Virus record (IMG/VR): IMGVR_UViG_2836862175_000007
Coordinates: 13,538-77,537 of that record
DNA: 64,000 nucleotides
Source of the DNA: a virus
Taxonomy: Duplodnaviria > Caudoviricetes
Strand: one strand, 5' to 3'
A program made the translations under genes and the position numbers. The notes under the pieces were generated by a model. It searched no databases and was not told where the DNA came from. It saw nothing but the letters and a program-made list of their open reading frames with translations. Position 1 is the stretch's first letter. The number at the start of each line of letters is the position of its first letter. Shown here in pieces: positions 59,592 through 64,000 of this stretch.

Positions 59592-60437
59592 TCACTTTTG
59601 CCTTACTTCCATCTCGGCCAGCAGGTCCGACGCCACCGCCAGCAGCGCGTCCATCAGCGGCCAGCGGTCCCCGCTCAGCGGCACCCCGTGCCGGGCGGCG
59701 ATCCGCTCCAGCCGCTCCCGGTGCGGGCCGCGCAGCAGGTCCGGCAGCGCCCCGGCCACCCGCCCGCGGTCCGCCCGCACGAGGGCGCGCAGCCCCCGCT
59801 CCAGCGCCTTCAGCGACCGGTCGTCGCCGGCCCCGCCCGGCGCGGGTGTAACCCCCGTTACACCCGCGACACGCGACTCCGGTGTAACCCCCGTTACACC
59901 CGCGCCGCCCGACTCCGGTGTAACCCCCGTTACACCCGCGACACGCGACTCCGGTGTAACGGGGGTTACACCCGCGTGCGCGGCGTCGGCGAGGTCGCGG
60001 GCGACCTGGGTCGGGCTGACGCCCTCGGCCCGGGCGATTTCGCGCAGCGAGCGGCCGTCGTCCCGGGCGGCGCGGACCCGCTCGACCCGCGAGGCCCGCA
60101 CCGCCTGCCGCTCCTCGGGCGTCAGGTGCCGCCGGTCCACGTTCAGCGCCAGGCACTCGGCCCGCGCCGCCTCGTCGCCCAGCGGCCCGCGGTGCTGCAC
60201 CGGCACGTCGATTCCCAGCTCGGCGGCCAGTTCCAGCCGGGCGGCGCCGTCGATCACGCACCGCTCGCCCCACGCAGGGCTGTCGTAGGTCACCACCCGC
60301 ACCAGCACCCGCTTGTGCGCGCGGATGCTGGCCGCCAGCTCGTCCCGCTCCTGCGCGGTGTGCGAGCGGATCAGCCGCGCGAACGGGAAGTGGTACGTCA
60401 CGTTCCCGAACCGCAGCGCCGGGATCGGTTCCGTCAT
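59592..60437 (-). CDS. ParB-like N-terminal domain plus HTH protein with internal 12-aa repeats
   Basis: ELAASIRAH, VIDGAARL, NVDRRHLTPEER, SLREIARAEGVSPTQVARDL. Confidence 0.8.
   Translation of the reverse strand: MTEPIPALRFGNVTYHFPFARLIRSHTAQERDELAASIRAHKRVLVRVVTYDSPAWGERCVIDGAARLELAAELGIDVPVQHRGPLGDEAARAECLALNVDRRHLTPEERQAVRASRVERVRAARDDGRSLREIARAEGVSPTQVARDLADAAHAGVTPVTPESRVAGVTGVTPESGGAGVTGVTPESRVAGVTGVTPAPGGAGDDRSLKALERGLRALVRADRGRVAGALPDLLRGPHRERLERIAARHGVPLSGDRWPLMDALLAVASDLLAEMEVRQK
59845..59978. repeat. 4 x 36-bp tandem repeat, each containing TGTAAC-N4-GTTACA
   Basis: Copies at 59847, 59883, 59919 and 59955. Confidence 0.95.
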
Positions 60438-60527
60438 ACAACTGCTCCTCCGCCGGTGCGGCGCGCGCAACACGCGCCGCTCATCGGCCAATGGCACCGG
60501 GGCCGCGCCCCGTATCCGCGCTCCGGT

Positions 60528-60838
60528 GGTCACCCCCGGTCACCCGGTTGGCAGGGGGGTGTGACCGCCGTAACTCCTTGCGGCGCAAGGAGTGGTCACC
60601 CCTGGTCACCCTGGTCACCCTGTTTCCTGTTTTTGTCCATCGCACACCGTCTCGCCGGTGTAACGTGTCGCCGGTGTAACGTGGTCCGGCGCTCGTTACA
60701 CACGCGCCAGGGGGGGCGGCGGAGTGTTACGGGGGGTAGGGAGGGTGTGACCGGGGTGACCGCGGGTGACCAAGCCTTGCGCCGCAACGACTTACGGCGG
60801 TCACCCGGGGGTGACCAGAGGGTGACCGGGGGTGACCA
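60528..60838. repeat. GGTCACC/GGTGACC iteron-like cluster, candidate replication origin
   Basis: Many short direct and inverted units downstream of the primase-helicase. Confidence 0.55.
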
Positions 60839-61272
60839 CCTACCCCCCGGCCCCCTCCCTGAAGGGAGGGGGAGGAAGACAACCTACCCCCCGGCCCCCT
60901 CCCTGAAGGGAGGGGGAGGAAGACAACCTACCCCCCGGCCCCCTCCCTGAAGGGAGGGGGTGGCGCCGGGACGAGTGGTCCCGGAGCGGGAGGGGGCGCG
61001 TGCGGGGCAACCTACCCCCCGGCCCCCTCCCTAAAGGGAGGGGGTGGCGCCGGGACGAGTGGTCCCGGAGCGGGAGAGGGCGCGTGCGGGGCAACCTACC
61101 CCCCGGCCCCCTCCCTGAAGGGAGGGGGGGAAGACACGGGCGAACGCGAAGCGTGGCGTGCGCCTCTCGCGCCGGGACCAACGCTCCCGGCGCCACCCCT
61201 TCCCTTCCGCCGGCCCACGGAAGCTCCGCTGACCGGGCCGGCGAGCACGCCGAGGGGGCCGGGGGGTAGGTC
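60838..61272. repeat. CCCTCCCTGAAGGGAGGG palindrome cluster
   Basis: Tandem units. Confidence 0.9.
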
Positions 61273-61276
61273 TTCC

Positions 61277-64000
61277 TCACCCCGGGCGGTCGTCGTCCGG
61301 GGTCCAGCCGGTGGCGTCCCGGCGGCGGCGGTCGTACTCGGTCAGCAGCCCGTCCGGGCGTCCCTCCGTCCACGTCACCCCGGAGTACACGTTCTGCCGC
61401 TCCCGGCCGTTCCGCGGCCGGGACTTCGTCACCCGGCGGAACACCTTCCGCACCTCCGCCCCGAAGTTCCCGTCCGCCAGCGGCAAGTACCGCCGCTGCC
61501 GGCACCACTCCACGTACGCCGCGAACAGCTCCACGCACCGCAGCGCCGCGCCCTCCTGCGCCCGCACGTGCTCACCCAGGAACAGCCGGTGCGGGTTGCA
61601 CAACTCCCGGTGCTCGGCCTTCGCCGCCTCGCACGCCGCGCTGGACGTGAACCCGTTCGCCCGGTGCAGCCGCAGCAGCCCCGCCAGCGCCCAGTTCAGC
61701 ACGCCCGGCAATTCCCCGGACGATACCCACCACTCCGGCTCGCTCATCCCCCGCACCCGCTCCTCCGCCGAGATCACCGCCGTGAACGGCACCAACTGGT
61801 ACCGCCGCCACACCCCCTCCGTGCGGTCCGCGAACCGCGGCGGGGTGTTGGTGGAGAGCAGCAGCCGGGCCGTGGGCCGGGCCGAGACCGGGGCCTTGTT
61901 CTTCCGGTCGAACGTCATCAGATCGCCGCCCACGAAGCTCTTCAGCTTGGCCTCCGCCACCTTGTCCAGCTCCCCCACCTCGGCCACCGCGTTCACCAGC
62001 TTCCCCAGCGTCGCCCCCAGCGTGAACCGCTCGCCGAACTCCTCCAGCGGCACCGACGCGTAGTTGTGGTCGCCGATCAGCGCGCGCAGCGCCGCCAGGA
62101 ACGTACTCTTCCCGTTCGCGCCGTCGCCCGTTAGTAGGAAAAACTGCTGAAAGCGGGTGTCGAACCGGAGCAAGTACCCGGCGATCTCCTGGAGGAGCGA
62201 CTGCCGCTCCGCGTCCCCCTCGGTCACCCGGTCGAGGAACCGGAGGAAGGTCGGGCACTCTGCGGCCGGGTCGAACGCGACCGGGATCGCGGCCGGGGTG
62301 AAGTACAGCGGCGTGGCCGGGTGCAGCGTCGCGCGGCCGGTCGCGAACAGTTCGGCCACGTCGATCAGCCCGTTGGCGCACGCCACGAACTCGCGCGGCT
62401 CCGGGGCCGGGCGCAGCCGGGGGATGTGGTCCGCGTCGGCCGGGTCGGCGGCCAGCAGCACCGGCCACGCGACCGCCCCGTCCAGGTGGCACATGGAGGC
62501 CGCGGCCGTCACGGCGTTGCCCACCTTCCGCGTGTCCAGCTTCACCACCTTGGGCCGCGGCCCCTGCCGCCCGCCGTGCCCCCAAGCCGCCACCGCCACC
62601 CGGTGCGCCGCCTCGCACTCGCCCCGCAGCACCACCCACGCCCGCTTCTCGAAGTCGTCGTCGGGCACCGACACGTACCGCCCGTCGCGCCACTCCCACC
62701 ACTCCGCCCGGTGGTAGATCACCGTGGGCAGCTCGCCCGCCCGCGGCACCAGCAGCCGCCCGAGCCGGTGCGGGTCCAGAAAGTCCTCGTGGACCGGCTC
62801 CGGATCGTTCGCCCCCTCCCCTGCCCCGCTCGGCGCGGGTGGCGGTGGCGGGGGCGGTGCGGCGGTCCCGTCGCTTCCCGCGGTGGCCGGCGCGGCCGGG
62901 CGGCGCGGGGCGTACCCTTCGGTGCGGAGCCGCTCGGCCAGCCGGGCGAAGTCCCCGCCGAACTCCAGGTGGCACCGCAACTGGCTGGGGTTCAGCCCGC
63001 GGTCCGGGGGGACGTTGGTGGCGTCGGTGAACCCGTAGAAGATCGGCACCCCGGACACCGGCATCAGGTTGCCGCTCGTGTCGGCGTCCTTGCCCGGTCG
63101 GCGGAAGTCCCAGCGCGGCCCGCGCCGCCCCAAGGGGGTCCACCCGTGCCGCTGGAGCAGGTCCCCGACCGCCTCTTCCGTGGCCGCGCGGTTGTACGCC
63201 GCGAACACGTCCGTTTCCCCGTCGGGGCCGGGCCGGCGCTGCGGCGCCCGCGCAACGGGGGCGGGGGCGGGGGCGCGGACGGGTTCCGGGGCGCGGGTGT
63301 CGGGGGGGATCAGGGCCGGAGAGTCGCCGGTCAGCGACAGCACGTGTTCCACGGCGTCGGCCCCGGTGCGCCAGCCGGTGCCGTCCCACACGGGTGACCA
63401 GAAGTCCCGGGCGTGGTGCCGGCCGACCAGCCGGAGCCAGCTCCCGTACCGGGCGTTCGCGCGCAGCTCGCGCTGCTTGGGGAACGTCTCCGGCGCGCCG
63501 GGGAGGCCGAACGCGGCGTGGTCACGGGCCAGCCAGCGGCCGAACGCGAACAGCTCCCGGGCCGGCACCGGCTCGGCGAACAGGGCCAGCAGGTGGAACC
63601 CGCCGGTGCCGTTGGACTGCGTGAGGAGCGGGCGGAACCCGAGGCCGGTGAGGCGGTCGAAGCCGGCCCGCGCGAACCGCTCGTTGGCGTCCGGGTCGAA
63701 CGGCCGGTCGGCGTGCGCGTCCACGTCCACCGCGACCCACTTCCCGGTGCCGTCCGGGGCGATGGCGTGCAGCCCGACCACGTGGGCCGCGGCGGTGGCG
63801 CTGAAGTGCTGGACGAGCCGGGAGTGGCTGACGAACCCGGGGATCGGCACCTTCGGCGGGCGGGTGGTGCGGTGGACCGTCCCGCCCGCGCCGACGAAGC
63901 ACCCGCCGCACCGGTCGGTGCGGTTCACCATGCGGAGCAGCGCCCAGCGCGCCAGCTCGTCGGCCCGCGCGTGCCAGGGGTTCGGGTGGGCGACGGTCAT
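61277..64000 (-). CDS. primase-helicase (AEP-like N-terminus, P4/D5 SF3 helicase)
   Basis: VAVDVDAH, GGFHL; D5_N CANGLID; GDGANGKST; LLSTN; WRR. Confidence 0.92.
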   Translation of the reverse strand: MTVAHPNPWHARADELARWALLRMVNRTDRCGGCFVGAGGTVHRTTRPPKVPIPGFVSHSRLVQHFSATAAAHVVGLHAIAPDGTGKWVAVDVDAHADRPFDPDANERFARAGFDRLTGLGFRPLLTQSNGTGGFHLLALFAEPVPARELFAFGRWLARDHAAFGLPGAPETFPKQRELRANARYGSWLRLVGRHHARDFWSPVWDGTGWRTGADAVEHVLSLTGDSPALIPPDTRAPEPVRAPAPAPVARAPQRRPGPDGETDVFAAYNRAATEEAVGDLLQRHGWTPLGRRGPRWDFRRPGKDADTSGNLMPVSGVPIFYGFTDATNVPPDRGLNPSQLRCHLEFGGDFARLAERLRTEGYAPRRPAAPATAGSDGTAAPPPPPPPAPSGAGEGANDPEPVHEDFLDPHRLGRLLVPRAGELPTVIYHRAEWWEWRDGRYVSVPDDDFEKRAWVVLRGECEAAHRVAVAAWGHGGRQGPRPKVVKLDTRKVGNAVTAAASMCHLDGAVAWPVLLAADPADADHIPRLRPAPEPREFVACANGLIDVAELFATGRATLHPATPLYFTPAAIPVAFDPAAECPTFLRFLDRVTEGDAERQSLLQEIAGYLLRFDTRFQQFFLLTGDGANGKSTFLAALRALIGDHNYASVPLEEFGERFTLGATLGKLVNAVAEVGELDKVAEAKLKSFVGGDLMTFDRKNKAPVSARPTARLLLSTNTPPRFADRTEGVWRRYQLVPFTAVISAEERVRGMSEPEWWVSSGELPGVLNWALAGLLRLHRANGFTSSAACEAAKAEHRELCNPHRLFLGEHVRAQEGAALRCVELFAAYVEWCRQRRYLPLADGNFGAEVRKVFRRVTKSRPRNGRERQNVYSGVTWTEGRPDGLLTEYDRRRRDATGWTPDDDRPG

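Larger units (their letters stand above)
2505..64000 (-). mobile_element. prophage or GTA-like cluster with multiple cargo insertions
   Basis: Ordered replication, packaging, head, neck, tail and fibre modules on one strand; integrase and att sites not seen; boundaries uncertain. Confidence 0.85.

Noticed and set aside
58995-61272. Regularly recurring palindromes resembling a CRISPR array
   Set aside because: Irregular spacing, repeated spacers, both orientations and no cas genes; these are REP-like host repeats

Overview
Very GC-rich planctomycete DNA, Gemmata-like on the basis of DUF1559 prepilin, TIGR02996 and LEPRxLL-type proteins and family-typical palindromic repeats. Most of the window (about 2.5-64 kb, minus strand) is a siphovirus-type prophage or GTA-like cluster. 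In order it encodes an AEP/D5 primase-helicase, a ParB-like protein, TerS and TerL, an array of TIGR02996-Gly-rich-DUF6948-like genes, a portal with a long C-terminal extension, a prohead protease, a Mu-gpT-like capsid, neck and tail genes with a -1 frameshift chaperone, a short tape measure, a Cys/Thr-rich fibre with a multidomain glycosyltransferase, an RcGTA-like head spike pair and a papain-like protease module. Cargo cassettes interrupt it. The most striking is a 4-gene operon in which a complete ribosomal protein uL10 is fused to extra domains, next to a CHAT (caspase-like) protease. Other cargo is a bacteriophytochrome cassette between ~250-bp inverted repeats, a low-GC TIGR04255-like/ART-like triad, hicBA, acyltransferases and duplicated lipoprotein cassettes. 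Two dispersed motifs were seen: TGCCATCGGCCGGG just upstream of six genes, and a 16-bp parS-like near-palindrome in seven copies. All family assignments come from recognising motifs by eye; no searches were run.
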